This document shows positions 47,539 to 57,744 of a stretch of DNA of 64,000 nucleotides, one piece after another. The position numbers were made by a program, and so were the translations under genes. Source of the stretch: Candidatus Eiseniibacteriota bacterium (GTDB lineage Bacteria > Eisenbacteria > RBG-16-71-46); contig CAVUWA010000001.1 in assembly GCA_963744995.1 (NCBI GenBank), positions 192,001-256,000 of the forward strand. Direction: 5' to 3'. Within the stretch, counting starts at the first letter, position 1, and each line of letters starts with the position of its first letter. A model generated the notes under the pieces. The model was not told the DNA's origin and made no database searches. It saw only the letters and a program-made list of their open reading frames with translations.

Positions 47539-49920
47539 ATGCGCGCTGCCGTTTCGGCCCCGTGCGGCGCCCGCGCCGCGGCCCCCGCGCGGCCCGGCGG
47601 CCGGCGCCGGGGCCTGTCCGGTCTGCTCGCACTGGCCGTGCTCGTCCCGGGCTGCGCCGCACACCGGCCCGCGCGCGAAGCGCCGGCGCCGCGGCCGCTG
47701 CCCGGCTACGAGCAACGGGTGGACGCGTTCTCCGCCGTCGACACCACTCGGCTGCACGGCCGCCGCATCGCCATCGACCCCGGCCACGGCGGGCGCTTCC
47801 GCGGCTCGATCGGCGTGAACGGCCTCAGCGAGGCCGACGTGAACCTCGGCGTCGCGCTCTACCTGCGCGGCCTGCTGGAGGCACGCGGTGCGACCGTGAT
47901 GATGACGCGCACCGACGACAGCGATTTCCTCACCCCCGCCGACAGCTCGCTCAAGGCCGACCTCGCCGAGCGCACGCGGCGCGTGAATGCGTTCGCGCCC
48001 GACCTGTTCATTTCGATCCACCACAATGCGGACGCCGGCGGCGCGCACGACGTGAACGGCACGCAGACCTACTACAAGCTCGGCGACGAGGGCCCGTCGC
48101 TCGACGCCGCGGAGAGCGTGCACCGCTTCCTCGTGCGCAATCTCGGCATCCGCTCGCACCAGATCCTGCCGGGCAACTACTACGTGCTCAGGAGCACGAA
48201 CGCGCCCGCACTGCTCACCGAGTCCTCGTACCTCACGAATCCGGACGTCGAGGCGAAGCTGGCGCTCGCCTCCAAGCAGCGGCTCGAAGCCGAGGCGATC
48301 TACCTCGGCATCGCGCACTTCTTCGCGCGCGGCGCGCCGGTGATCGAGTCGTTCGCAGCGGTGACGGCGCCGGGCGCCGCGCCCGACACCGCCTTCGCCG
48401 ACGTGCGGGCGCCGACGTTCGAGGCGCGCGTGCGCGGCGCGTTCGACGAGGCGCGGCTCGAGGTGGACGATGCGCCGGTGCCGCTGGTCCGCGCGGGCGC
48501 GCGTCTCACCGCCCGGCCCCGAGGCGTGCTCGGCAACGGCGTGCACGAGGCCGTACTGCGCGTGCGCCGCGCGGGCGACGGGGCGGCACGTCCGGCGCGG
48601 CTCGCGTTCACCATCGCGCGACCGCTCGACCACGTGACCGCCGAGGCGTGGCCGCGCTCCGTGCCGGCGAGCGGCGTGGTCGGCGTGCGGCTTGCGCTGC
48701 ACGATCGCTTCGGCGCAGTCGTTCCCGATTCGACCGTGATGCGGATCTCCAGGGGCGATGGGCGGCACGACACGACGGCCGTGTTCGCCGACGGGGTCGC
48801 ATGGCTCTATCCGCGCGGGCTCCGGCCGGGACGTGTCGTTCTCGAGCTCCATCCTGCCGACGGCACGGCCGGGGCGTGGTCGACCGCGACGACGATCGAA
48901 GCCGCCCCCGCGCGGGACACGGTGTGGGCCGGCTTCCTCCGCGTCCGGCGCCCCGACGGCACGGCGCCGCTCACGGGCGCGCCGGGCACCCGCGAGCCGG
49001 AGCGGCGCGTTCCGTGGCTCGATCGCGACGGCTTCGCCGTGCTCGAACGCGATGCATCGGGTGGGCCGGTCGTGCCGCGCCTCGCCGGCTATCGCCGGCT
49101 CGCCGGCGACGATGGCGCGCTTGCGCCGGCGTTCGTCGCAATCGCCGGCGGCGCGCTCCATGGCCACCGCATCGTGCTCGATCCCGACGGCGGCGGCGGC
49201 GATCCGGCCGGCGTGGGCCCGAGCGGCACGCGCGCCGCACACGTCAACCTGCGGATCGCACGAATCCTCAGAGGCTACCTCGAGGCCGCCGGCGCGAACG
49301 TGAAACTCACGCGTGACGGCGACTTCGCGCTCTCGGACGTCGAGCGCGTGCAGATCAGCGAGGCGTTCCACGCCGAGCGCTACCTGCGCATCGGCCACCG
49401 CGCCGAGCCGCCGCGCCTCGGCTACTTCTATTCGAGCGCGGCGGGACGCGCGTGGGCCGGGCATACCGCGGCGTGGCTCGAACGCCTGGGGTTCGGCCTG
49501 CCGCCGGCGGGCGACGACGCCCAGTACCCGCTGCAGCAGACTTCGTGCCCGGCACTCTACGTGTCGGCGGCGCGGATCGACCGCGCGCCGAACGAGGACG
49601 CGCTGTTCGCGCCCGGCGCGCTGCGCAGCGAGGCGTACGCGCTCTACCTGGCGTTCGTGTCCGAGTGGTCCCAGGATTCGGCATTCCGGGTGGACTCGCT
49701 GTTCGTGCGCGATTCCACCGGCGATCCGGTCGCAGGCGCCGCCGTAACTCTCGGCGACGCGCTGATGTTCGAGACCGATGCGGCGGGCCGCATCCGGTTC
49801 GCCCGCACCGAGCCGGGCCCCGTGGATGCCGTCGTCGTCGATTCCCGGCTCCACGCGGAGGCGACCCTGCTAGACTCGACGTCGGGCGCGATCCTGACCG
49901 GGCCGCGCGGCCGCCGGTAG
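47539..49920 (+). CDS. N-acetylmuramoyl-L-alanine amidase lipoprotein with a second degenerate Amidase_3 domain
   Basis: Lipobox-like VPGC; IAIDPGHGG, EADVNL, FISIHHNA, LTESSY; second domain IVLDPDGGG..VNL..LTRDGD; start may be 47392. Confidence 0.87.
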   Translation: MRAAVSAPCGARAAAPARPGGRRRGLSGLLALAVLVPGCAAHRPAREAPAPRPLPGYEQRVDAFSAVDTTRLHGRRIAIDPGHGGRFRGSIGVNGLSEADVNLGVALYLRGLLEARGATVMMTRTDDSDFLTPADSSLKADLAERTRRVNAFAPDLFISIHHNADAGGAHDVNGTQTYYKLGDEGPSLDAAESVHRFLVRNLGIRSHQILPGNYYVLRSTNAPALLTESSYLTNPDVEAKLALASKQRLEAEAIYLGIAHFFARGAPVIESFAAVTAPGAAPDTAFADVRAPTFEARVRGAFDEARLEVDDAPVPLVRAGARLTARPRGVLGNGVHEAVLRVRRAGDGAARPARLAFTIARPLDHVTAEAWPRSVPASGVVGVRLALHDRFGAVVPDSTVMRISRGDGRHDTTAVFADGVAWLYPRGLRPGRVVLELHPADGTAGAWSTATTIEAAPARDTVWAGFLRVRRPDGTAPLTGAPGTREPERRVPWLDRDGFAVLERDASGGPVVPRLAGYRRLAGDDGALAPAFVAIAGGALHGHRIVLDPDGGGGDPAGVGPSGTRAAHVNLRIARILRGYLEAAGANVKLTRDGDFALSDVERVQISEAFHAERYLRIGHRAEPPRLGYFYSSAAGRAWAGHTAAWLERLGFGLPPAGDDAQYPLQQTSCPALYVSAARIDRAPNEDALFAPGALRSEAYALYLAFVSEWSQDSAFRVDSLFVRDSTGDPVAGAAVTLGDALMFETDAAGRIRFARTEPGPVDAVVVDSRLHAEATLLDSTSGAILTGPRGRR

Positions 49921-49961
49921 CCCTTCCCCCCCCGGCCGCGCCACTCGCCCCGGGAACGCAC

Positions 49962-50657
49962 ATGAATCCTGGCATCGCCCGATACCACGCCGAATGGGCC
50001 CGCTTCTGGCGGCGGCTGTCGCTGCTGGCCGTCCTCGCCAGCGTCGTGTTCGCGCTGCCGTTCCTGTGGCTGCTGCGCTCGCCGTCCGCGCGGCGCGCGC
50101 TCGACGATCCGAAGCGTTTCGGCTTCCTCGGCGACGAGCAGTACGTGCGGCGCATCCAGCTCACCACCCTCGGCGCACCGCGCGGCCAGCGCACCGAGTC
50201 GCGGATGATCTCGCCGAAGGTCGTCCCGGCCGGGAAACGCGGCGGCGGAAAGCCGGCCCAGGTGTCGGATCAGGGGCTCACCCCGGCGCGGCGCACCGAG
50301 CGGTTCCGGCCCCCGGGGCGTGGCGACTCGGAAGAGGACATCCTCGCCCGCGCCATCCTGCGTGCCGGCGACACGCCGCTCTTCCAGTCGCGCGAGCTGG
50401 TGATCGCGGAGCTGGTCGAGCCGGTGTACCCGGCGATCGCCCGTGAACGGGGCATCGAGGGCAAGGTCGCGGTGCTCGCGCTCGTGGACACCACCGGGAT
50501 GGTGCGACAGGCGGAGATCGTCGGCTCGGCGGAGCGGATGCTCGATCGGGCGGCCGTGAACGCCGTGATGCAGTGCCGCTTCGAGCCCTATCGCGTGAAC
50601 GGCCGCGCCCGCGAGGTGTACGCGATGTTCCGCTTCGCGTTCCGGCTCGTGAACTAG
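49962..50657 (+). CDS. TonB family energy transducer
   Basis: N-terminal TM; C-terminal PVYPAIARERGIEGKV..VD..G.V..LDRAA..AV..RFEP. Confidence 0.85.
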   Translation: MNPGIARYHAEWARFWRRLSLLAVLASVVFALPFLWLLRSPSARRALDDPKRFGFLGDEQYVRRIQLTTLGAPRGQRTESRMISPKVVPAGKRGGGKPAQVSDQGLTPARRTERFRPPGRGDSEEDILARAILRAGDTPLFQSRELVIAELVEPVYPAIARERGIEGKVAVLALVDTTGMVRQAEIVGSAERMLDRAAVNAVMQCRFEPYRVNGRAREVYAMFRFAFRLVN

Positions 50658-50664
50658 GCGGACG

Positions 50665-52101
50665 CTATCGCCCAGGGAGCGGTCGGGGCTCGCCGCGCTC
50701 GATCTCGTAGACCGGCAGCGTCGCCCCCTCGGCGCTCCAGTCGAGGAATCCGCGCTCGACCAGGTAGGGATCGCCGCGCACCCAGGTCGTGAGCGACGCG
50801 GTCATCTCCTCCGGGCAGAGGGCGCGGCTCTGGACCGCCGCGGCGACCAGCCAGGCGGCCAGGAATCCGCGCACGTGGAGCGAGGTGACCTCGTCCACGC
50901 CCTCGGCGTGCAGCAGGCTGTCGAGCGGCGCCCGCAGCCCCGGCTGAACCGACCAGTCGTCGGCCACGTAGCGCGCCTTCTCGAGCAGCCCGAGCGTCGT
51001 ACGGTGCTGGTTCGCGGGCGAGAGCGCCTCGCCGCCGCAGATCCGGAGATCCAGGCGCTGGCGCTGGATCTCGCGCAGCAGCGCCGCACCCTCTTCCGGA
51101 TTGCCGTCCCAGAACAGCAGCCCCACGTTCTCGATGCCCAGCCGCTTGACCGCGGCGCGGAAGTCGCGCGTGCCGGGCGCGTAGGCGTCGCTCCAGACGA
51201 CCGAGTCGCCGCCGGCCTCGAGCGTGTGCTCGAAGCCGCGGTGGAAAGGCCGCGACTCGTCGTCGCTGGAGAGCAGCACGGCCACGCGCTTCGTGTCGTC
51301 GCCGAGTACGGCGCGGGCGAGCGTCACGCCGCGCTCCCAGCCGGAGGGGCCGACCTGGAAGACCGTGTCCCCCGCGCGCCCCACCTCCTCGTCGGTCGCG
51401 GTGGGCGACACCAGTGGCAGGCGCATCACGCGGGCGCCGGCCGCCAGCGCGAGCGTCGGCACGCTGAGCAGCTCGCCGATCGCGACGCCCGACTCCAGCG
51501 ACGCGGAATCGAGCACCGCCGCGGTGCGCGCGGGATCATCGTGGCCGCTGTTCCAGAAACGCGCGCGAATCGGGACCGGACCGTGCGCGTTCGCGTAGGC
51601 GATCCCGGCCTCGATGCCGGCCTTGAGCTCCTCGGCGTAGGCCGCGTACGGGCCGTCGGCGGGCAGCAGTACCGCGACGTTGAACAGCGAGGCACGCGCG
51701 CGCCGCAGCAACGGGCCCGGGTCCGTGCCGACCTCGCCGAGCATCTTTTTCGCGCGGCGCGGTTCGGCGAGCGCGAGGCGCATGCGCAGCCGGCGCCTGA
51801 GGTCGGCGCGCCGGCCGGGCACGCGGCCCAGGGCCGCCTCGATCAGCCGGCCCTCGTTGTCGCCGAGCGTGGCGGGACCGCGGCGCAGCACGTACATGAG
51901 CTCGGACAGGCTCGCGCCGCGGATCCACCGCTTGAGATCGTTCGAAGCACGCCCCTGCGTGGCGAGGTAGTCCGCGTCGAGCAGCGAGAGCTTCTCGGCG
52001 CCGCGCAGCGGCGCGGCGGGGATCAGCAGCGCAGCGAGCAGGACCAGCAGAGCGCCGTGCACGGCGCGGCGTCCGATCCGGCGGCGGTCGGGGGCCGTCA
52101 T
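50665..52101 (-). CDS. Secreted periplasmic-binding-protein type 1 domain protein (LppC/LpoA-like)
   Basis: Signal peptide; VAVLLP.DGPY, IGELLS, PLVSPTAT, FQVGP, GTRDF. Confidence 0.7.
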   Translation of the reverse strand: MTAPDRRRIGRRAVHGALLVLLAALLIPAAPLRGAEKLSLLDADYLATQGRASNDLKRWIRGASLSELMYVLRRGPATLGDNEGRLIEAALGRVPGRRADLRRRLRMRLALAEPRRAKKMLGEVGTDPGPLLRRARASLFNVAVLLPADGPYAAYAEELKAGIEAGIAYANAHGPVPIRARFWNSGHDDPARTAAVLDSASLESGVAIGELLSVPTLALAAGARVMRLPLVSPTATDEEVGRAGDTVFQVGPSGWERGVTLARAVLGDDTKRVAVLLSSDDESRPFHRGFEHTLEAGGDSVVWSDAYAPGTRDFRAAVKRLGIENVGLLFWDGNPEEGAALLREIQRQRLDLRICGGEALSPANQHRTTLGLLEKARYVADDWSVQPGLRAPLDSLLHAEGVDEVTSLHVRGFLAAWLVAAAVQSRALCPEEMTASLTTWVRGDPYLVERGFLDWSAEGATLPVYEIERGEPRPLPGR

Positions 52102-52622
52102 CAGAACTGGAATTTCCCGAAATCTTCCGGGTTGAGCTTCTCGAGGAAGCGCCGGAGCTGCTCCGCCTTTTCCTCTTCGCTCAACGCCTTCTTCGGCTCT
52201 TCTTCGCTGTCCGCTTCCTCTTCGTCCTCGCGCGGCGGCGTCTGCAGCAGCTTGTCGTTCACGTAGATCGGGGCCTTGGCGCGCAGCGCCACGGCCACCG
52301 AGTCCGACGGTCGCGCGTCGATCGCCAGCACGTCGGCATCGCGCTCGATGAACACGCTCGCATAGAACGTGTTCTCCTTGAGATCGGTGATCACCACGCG
52401 TGCGACCTTCGCCTTGAGCCCTTCGACCACCATCTGCAGCAGATCGTGGGTCAGCGGCCGCGGGAACGGCTCTTCCGACAGGATCCGGCGGATCGCCTGC
52501 GCTTCGCCGGGGCCGATCCAGATCGGCAGGATGCGCTCACCGTCGAGCTCGCGCAGCACCACGATGTTCTGCTGGTTCTTGTGCTCGAGAATGAGTCCAT
52601 GCACCCGGACTTCGACGTTCAC
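52101..52622 (-). CDS. Bifunctional nuclease family protein (DUF151)
   Basis: LPIWIG..EA.AI, RPLTHDL, TFYA, DARPSDSVAVALR. Confidence 0.93.
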   Translation of the reverse strand: MNVEVRVHGLILEHKNQQNIVVLRELDGERILPIWIGPGEAQAIRRILSEEPFPRPLTHDLLQMVVEGLKAKVARVVITDLKENTFYASVFIERDADVLAIDARPSDSVAVALRAKAPIYVNDKLLQTPPREDEEEADSEEEPKKALSEEEKAEQLRRFLEKLNPEDFGKFQF

Positions 52623-53878
52623 GGCGACTTCGCCTCCTTGGTGGCGGCCGTCTTCGTGGAATCGCCGCCCGCGTCGACGAACGGCGGCGCCTCGTCGGAC
52701 TTCATGTGGTCGAGCATCCAGCGCGCCGACTCCACCAGCTCCGATTTCGGATACTTCTGGAGCAGCTCGCGGAACACCTTCCCGGCCTCATCGTACTGCT
52801 TGAGCTCCTCCGAATTGATGAAGCCGACCATGAACAGCGCCTGCGGGCTCACGTCGGCGTCGGGATAGTCCTCCACGACGCGGCGGTAGGCGGCGATGCG
52901 CTGATCGGCGGGGCCGATCTTCTGCGCGTCCTCGAACATTTCGCGCGGCGACTTCTTCATGCTGACGTAGCGGCGGATCGCCGCGCTGTCCTCGCGGACG
53001 TCGAGCGACTTGCGCGCCCGTTGCAGCAGTTCCTGGTAGTAGGCCTTCTGCGCCTCGCTGCCGAGCTGGCGTTCGATGAGATTCTTCATCTGGTCGTAGG
53101 AGCGCACCCCGGCAGGCGTCGTTGCGTTCACCTTGAACACGTGCCAGCCGCGATCCGTCTGCAGCGGTCCGCCGATCTTGCCTTCGCCGAGCGCGTACGC
53201 CGATTCGGCCAGCGCCGGCTGCCGCCCGATCGAGGCGAAGTTGCCCTCGAGCGTCACGGTGCCGAGCGCGCCGCCGGTGCTCTTCGTGAGCGAATCGGTG
53301 GTCCACTTCTCGACCAGTTTCGACCAGTCTTCGCCCTTGTCGGCGAGTGCCTTCACGCGCTGCGCCGTCTTCCGGTCCGGCAGCAGGATGTGCTGGATCG
53401 TGACGTTGGCCGGCGTCTTGTAGTCGTCGACGTGCGCGTCGTAGTAGGCGCGGGCCGCCGAGTCCGGAACGGGAGGCGCTTTCGCGATCTCTTCGTTCAG
53501 GTAGGTCCGCACCAGCAGGTCACGCCGCTGGCGGTCGAGCTGATCCTTGACCTCGGGCCGCTGGTCGACCTTCGCATTCTCGGCCGACTTGAGCCAGATG
53601 CGTTCCTCGATCAGACGGTCGATGAGCTGCTGGCGGCCCTGCGGCGTCTGGTAGCTGGAGCGGAACTGCTCGGGGATTTCCTCGAGCCGCGCCTCGACCA
53701 TCGCGCGCGTGAGCGCCTGGCCGTCGACGACCGCGATCACCGCCGTGGTGTCGCCCGCGGGCCGCACCGGCTTCGCGTGCTTCTTCCCGCGCGGCGCCGC
53801 GTCGGCGCCTGCAGCGAGGAGACCCGCGAGCCCCAGGAGCAGGATCAGGAATGCGACGCTCCTGCCCCCGTGCGTCAT
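52619..53878 (-). CDS. PpiC-type peptidyl-prolyl isomerase with C-terminal TPR (secreted foldase)
   Basis: Signal peptide, IAVVDG, QHIL, GG.LG, GWHVFKV; C-terminal ALFMVGFI..A...FRELLQKYP. Confidence 0.88.
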   Translation of the reverse strand: MTHGGRSVAFLILLLGLAGLLAAGADAAPRGKKHAKPVRPAGDTTAVIAVVDGQALTRAMVEARLEEIPEQFRSSYQTPQGRQQLIDRLIEERIWLKSAENAKVDQRPEVKDQLDRQRRDLLVRTYLNEEIAKAPPVPDSAARAYYDAHVDDYKTPANVTIQHILLPDRKTAQRVKALADKGEDWSKLVEKWTTDSLTKSTGGALGTVTLEGNFASIGRQPALAESAYALGEGKIGGPLQTDRGWHVFKVNATTPAGVRSYDQMKNLIERQLGSEAQKAYYQELLQRARKSLDVREDSAAIRRYVSMKKSPREMFEDAQKIGPADQRIAAYRRVVEDYPDADVSPQALFMVGFINSEELKQYDEAGKVFRELLQKYPKSELVESARWMLDHMKSDEAPPFVDAGGDSTKTAATKEAKSP

Positions 53879-54318
53879 GGCCGCACCACCCAGACCTTCA
53901 CGGTGGCGGTGACGCCGCCGTGGAACTTGACCGGAACGTCGTACTTGCCGAGCGCTTTGATGTGATCCTCGAGATCGATCCGCCGCTTGTCCACGATCTT
54001 GCCGGCCTTCTCGAGCGCTTCGGCGATGTCGGCGTTGGTGACCGAACCGAACAGGTGATCTTCCTCGTTGGCCTGCGCCGGAATGTTCACCTCGAAGCCG
54101 TCGATCTTCGCGGCCTCTTCCTTCGCCGCCGCGACCAGCTTCGACTCCTGCATCTGACGCTGGCGTTCGAGTTCCTTGTAGCGGTTCGCGGCATTGGTGC
54201 CGGTGAGGATCGCGAGCTTGTTCGGCAGCAGGTAGTTGCGTGCGAAGCCGGGTTTGACGTTGATCGTCGCGCCCTTCTGGCCCACACCCTTCATGTCTTC
54301 GAGCAGAATCACTTGCAT
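53875..54318 (-). CDS. rplI: 50S ribosomal protein L9
   Basis: MQVILLED, VKPGFARNYLLP, LFGSVT, IKALG. Confidence 0.97.
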   Translation of the reverse strand: MQVILLEDMKGVGQKGATINVKPGFARNYLLPNKLAILTGTNAANRYKELERQRQMQESKLVAAAKEEAAKIDGFEVNIPAQANEEDHLFGSVTNADIAEALEKAGKIVDKRRIDLEDHIKALGKYDVPVKFHGGVTATVKVWVVRP

Positions 54319-54376
54319 CGATGTTCTCCCAGAAGCCGGACCGGAACGGATCGCGCCGGCGCGGCGGGTTCGAGGC

Positions 54377-55366
54377 TCACGCCCCCGGGACGTCCTGGTC
54401 GGGAGGCGATTCGAGCCGCCGATAGTCGAGCCAGACGTCGCTGATGCCCATGGCCGTCGCGATGCACACGAACGCAGGCATCGCGAGCGCGAACACGAAC
54501 AGCATGGTCAGTACGATCAGGGAACCGGGCATCCCGCGCGCGATCATCAGCGATTCTACGACCGCGATTCCCTGCACACAAAAAGCCAGTACGCCGTTGA
54601 TCAGCAGCGTCGAGGCGGTGGGCGTCCATGCGCTCCAGGGCGTCAGCAGCAGCGCGATCCCGATCAGCACCAGCCAGATCGCGCCGTCCGGGAGCCGCCA
54701 TTCGCGCAGGCTCGAGCGGGACACCGCCGGCCAGCCCAGCATGCCGGCCACGCGCGCCGCGAAGTGCCGCCCCGCCGCCACCAGCACTGCCATCCACAGG
54801 AACAGGACCGACGGCAGCACGTAGGGCAGCGCCTTCTGGGCCAGCTCCGCCGATTCGGCGATCGCCGGCTTGAGTTCGGCGATCTTCTCCTCGCCGAACC
54901 CGAGCCCCCGGTACGTGTCGATCATCCGGTCCGTCTGGAACGATTCGGCACGGACCTTGACCAGGAAGTCCTCGTAAGGCGCCGTCCACGGCAGCGTCGC
55001 CGCCAGCAGCAGCAGCGGCAGCAGCAGCCACGCACGGTCGCTGGCCGACACCCCGCCGCCCTCCTCGCGGATGCCCATCCACGCTCCGGTGAGCGCGGCG
55101 AACGGGATCCACCACGCCCACATCTGATCGTTGCCGATCAGCCAGAGGCTTGCCGCGAACAATCCGAGCGGCACCAGCACGCCCCAGCCGCCGAAGCGCC
55201 ACGCCGTGAGCATCGCCACCGCGACCGCCACCGGCACGATGAACCATAGTCCTGCCCACGGCTGCGACGTGCCGAGCCCCGCGAGCAGCAGCCCCGCGAC
55301 GATCAGCGCCGTACGTCGTGCCGTCGGCCTGCGGGCCGGACGGCCAGGCTCACCGGTAGAAATCAC
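54377..55366 (-). CDS. DUF2232/YybS-like membrane protein
   Basis: Multi-TM; WRLP, N...QGIAV, G..DVWLDYR; typical rpsR-rplI position. Confidence 0.82.
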   Translation of the reverse strand: MISTGEPGRPARRPTARRTALIVAGLLLAGLGTSQPWAGLWFIVPVAVAVAMLTAWRFGGWGVLVPLGLFAASLWLIGNDQMWAWWIPFAALTGAWMGIREEGGGVSASDRAWLLLPLLLLAATLPWTAPYEDFLVKVRAESFQTDRMIDTYRGLGFGEEKIAELKPAIAESAELAQKALPYVLPSVLFLWMAVLVAAGRHFAARVAGMLGWPAVSRSSLREWRLPDGAIWLVLIGIALLLTPWSAWTPTASTLLINGVLAFCVQGIAVVESLMIARGMPGSLIVLTMLFVFALAMPAFVCIATAMGISDVWLDYRRLESPPDQDVPGA

Positions 55367-55592
55367 TGGTGAACGGCAGCAGGGCCAGCACGCGGGCGCG
55401 CTTGATCGCGGTCGTCAGCTGCTTCTGGTGCTTCGCGCAGGTGCCCGAGACGCGACGCGGCACGATCTTGCCGCGATCGGTGACGAAGCGGCCCAGCCGC
55501 TTCTCGTCCTTGTAGTCCACGAAACCGACTTTTTCGAGACACAGCTTGCAGTACTTCTTCTTCAATCCACGGGTCGATCGACTCTTCGCCAT
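55350..55592 (-). CDS. rpsR: 30S ribosomal protein S18 (Zn-binding C+ form)
   Basis: [34 protein letters not shown]. Confidence 0.97.
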   Translation of the reverse strand: MAKSRSTRGLKKKYCKLCLEKVGFVDYKDEKRLGRFVTDRGKIVPRRVSGTCAKHQKQLTTAIKRARVLALLPFTSDFYR

Positions 55593-55619
55593 TGCGGTTC
55601 TCACCTCCTGAACCGTGTC

Positions 55620-56039
55620 CTAGAACAACTCGCCTTCCTCGGGCGGATCCTCGCCGGCCTCGGCGGTTTCGCCGCCGGCATCCGCACTGATCGGCGCCTT
55701 CTCGAGGAAGTGAACCAGATCCGCGCGCAGCTCGAGGCGTTGCCGCTTCTCGCCGTGCGTGGCCGTCCACTCCCGCATCTGCAACCGGCCTTCCGCCAGC
55801 ACCGCGCTGCCGCGATGCAGGTACTGCGCACACACTTCCGCCAGCCGTGCGTAGGTCATGACGGTGATGTAGCCGGTCTGTTCGGCCGGCCGCCCGTCGC
55901 GCCCGCGGTAGCGGCGATGAAACGCCATCGTGAAGCTCGTGACCTGCGTGCCGTCGGACGCATACCGATGATCCGGGTCGCGCGTCAGGCGGCCGCTCAG
56001 CAGCACGCGGTTCACTTCGGGGAACTTCAGCTCACTCAT
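55620..56039 (-). CDS. ssb: Single-stranded DNA-binding protein
   Basis: NRVLLSGRLTRDP, LAEVCAQYL.RG, EGRLQ; acidic tail; rpsF-ssb-rpsR order. Confidence 0.9.
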   Translation of the reverse strand: MSELKFPEVNRVLLSGRLTRDPDHRYASDGTQVTSFTMAFHRRYRGRDGRPAEQTGYITVMTYARLAEVCAQYLHRGSAVLAEGRLQMREWTATHGEKRQRLELRADLVHFLEKAPISADAGGETAEAGEDPPEEGELF

Positions 56040-56069
56040 CGGTCTGCGCTCCCGCCACGAACCGGCCGG

Positions 56070-56411
56070 CTATTCGTCGTCGTCCCGCTTCGTGCCCTCG
56101 CCGTCCTCGGCCGGGGCTTCCGGCTGCGGCACGTGGATCACGGTCAGCACGCGCATCACCGACTCGTTGAGCCGCATGCGCCGCTCGAGGTCCTTGACCA
56201 GCTCGGCGGGCGACTTGTGCAGCACGTGCGTATACACGCCGTCACGCTTCTTGTTGATCTCGTAGGCGAGGCGGCGCTTGCCCCAGCGCTGCACGTCGAT
56301 GACTTCGCCGCCGCCGTCCTTGATCCACTGCGACACCTTGTCCACTTCTTCGCCCGTCCGCGTCTCGTCGAGACCCGGCTCGAGGATGAACGTCGTTTCG
56401 TACGTATTCAC
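56070..56411 (-). CDS. rpsF: 30S ribosomal protein S6
   Basis: YETTFIL.P, WGKRRLAYEI, G.Y, VMR. Confidence 0.97.
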   Translation of the reverse strand: MNTYETTFILEPGLDETRTGEEVDKVSQWIKDGGGEVIDVQRWGKRRLAYEINKKRDGVYTHVLHKSPAELVKDLERRMRLNESVMRVLTVIHVPQPEAPAEDGEGTKRDDDE

Positions 56412-56995
56412 GGCTCTGAAACCTCCTTGCGCGCCCGGCGATTGAAGCGATTCATCGCGGGGTCGATGCCTTCACGGATCCAGCAGTCGGCCGCCTCGGC
56501 CGCCGTGGTGATCGCCTCTTCTACCCGCTCTTCTTCCTCGTCAGAGAACTCCTCGAGCACGTGCTCGCGAAGCTCCGCACTGTTTTCCGCCGCGCCGACA
56601 CCGATCCGCAGGCGGGCGAACCCGCCGTGGCCCAGCGCGACCTCGATGCTTTCGAGACCGAGGTGCCCCCCCGACGAACCGCGCGCCCTGATCCGCAGCG
56701 TGCCCAGCGGCAGATAGACGTCGTCGGTGATCACCAGAAGCTCCGCCGCTTCCACCGCGTGCCGTGCGGACCAGGCCGCGACCGCCTCGCCGCTCAGGTT
56801 CATGAACGTGAGCGGTTTCATCAGGTCGATCGCTCCGGCGCCGCGCACGGCCCGACGCACTTCGTAGATGCGGGTGCCTTCGAACGGCCGCGCCTTCAGA
56901 CGTTCGGCCAGGCGATCGAGCGCCCTCCATCCGACGTTGTGCCGGGTTCGCGCGTAGCGATCGCCGGGATTGCCGAGTCCGACGAGCAGCGGCAC
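56408..56995 (-). CDS. pth: Peptidyl-tRNA hydrolase
   Basis: VGLGNPG, TRHNVG, KP.TFMNLSG, GSSGGH.G, RLRIGVG, AMNRFN. Confidence 0.95.
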   Translation of the reverse strand: MPLLVGLGNPGDRYARTRHNVGWRALDRLAERLKARPFEGTRIYEVRRAVRGAGAIDLMKPLTFMNLSGEAVAAWSARHAVEAAELLVITDDVYLPLGTLRIRARGSSGGHLGLESIEVALGHGGFARLRIGVGAAENSAELREHVLEEFSDEEEERVEEAITTAAEAADCWIREGIDPAMNRFNRRARKEVSEP

Positions 56996-56998
56996 GGA

Positions 56999-57679
56999 TC
57001 AGGCCTTCTCCTTCTCGGCGTCCTCCTCCTCCTTCTTGCCCTTCGCGATGACCTCTGGTTCGCCTTCGCCCGTAGCGGCGGCGGCAGCGGCGGCGGCCTC
57101 GTCGACCGCGACCGGCTCCTCGGAGACCGTCGGCGGCACGACCGTCGCGACGGTCATGTGCGGCTCGGAGAGGATGGTCACGCCCTCCATCTTCAGGTCG
57201 CTCACGTGTACCGAGTCGCCGATCTCCAGCGCGGAGACGTCGACGTTGATGGCGCTCGGAATGTCGGTCGGCAGGCAGCGCACTTCGACTTGACGCATGA
57301 TCTGCTCGAGGATGCCGCCGCCGTCCTTGACGCCCACCGGCAGGCCTTCCACGTGCACGGTCACTTCGACCTCGACCGTCTCGGTGAGCGAGATGTGCTG
57401 GAAGTCGACGTGAATGATCGCGTGCGAGATCGGGTCGTACTGCACGGCACGCACCAGCGCGGTGTGCTCGGCGCCGGCCATGTTCAGATTGACGATCGGG
57501 TTGCCGCCTTTGTGCGCCCGCAGCATGAGGTCGAAATCCCGGGCCTTCACCGCCACGGCCACCGGCTCTTCACCGTGGCCGTACAGCACCGCCGGAATCT
57601 CGCCCGCCGCGCGCGCCTTGCGGGCGCCACCCTTCCCCAGCGTCTCTCGGCGAGCGCCGGACAACGGCATCACAGGCAT
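56999..57679 (-). CDS. rplY: 50S ribosomal protein L25/general stress protein Ctc
   Basis: GKG..R, IPAVLYG, HVDF, G.KDGG, LP.DIP, LEIGDS; AAGGAGG SD. Confidence 0.96.
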   Translation of the reverse strand: MPVMPLSGARRETLGKGGARKARAAGEIPAVLYGHGEEPVAVAVKARDFDLMLRAHKGGNPIVNLNMAGAEHTALVRAVQYDPISHAIIHVDFQHISLTETVEVEVTVHVEGLPVGVKDGGGILEQIMRQVEVRCLPTDIPSAINVDVSALEIGDSVHVSDLKMEGVTILSEPHMTVATVVPPTVSEEPVAVDEAAAAAAAATGEGEPEVIAKGKKEEEDAEKEKA

Positions 57680-57744
57680 GCGATGGTTCCTCCTTCATCG
57701 CGGGGCCGTCGCCCCGCACGACGCACCGGTCCGGTGCGATGGTT

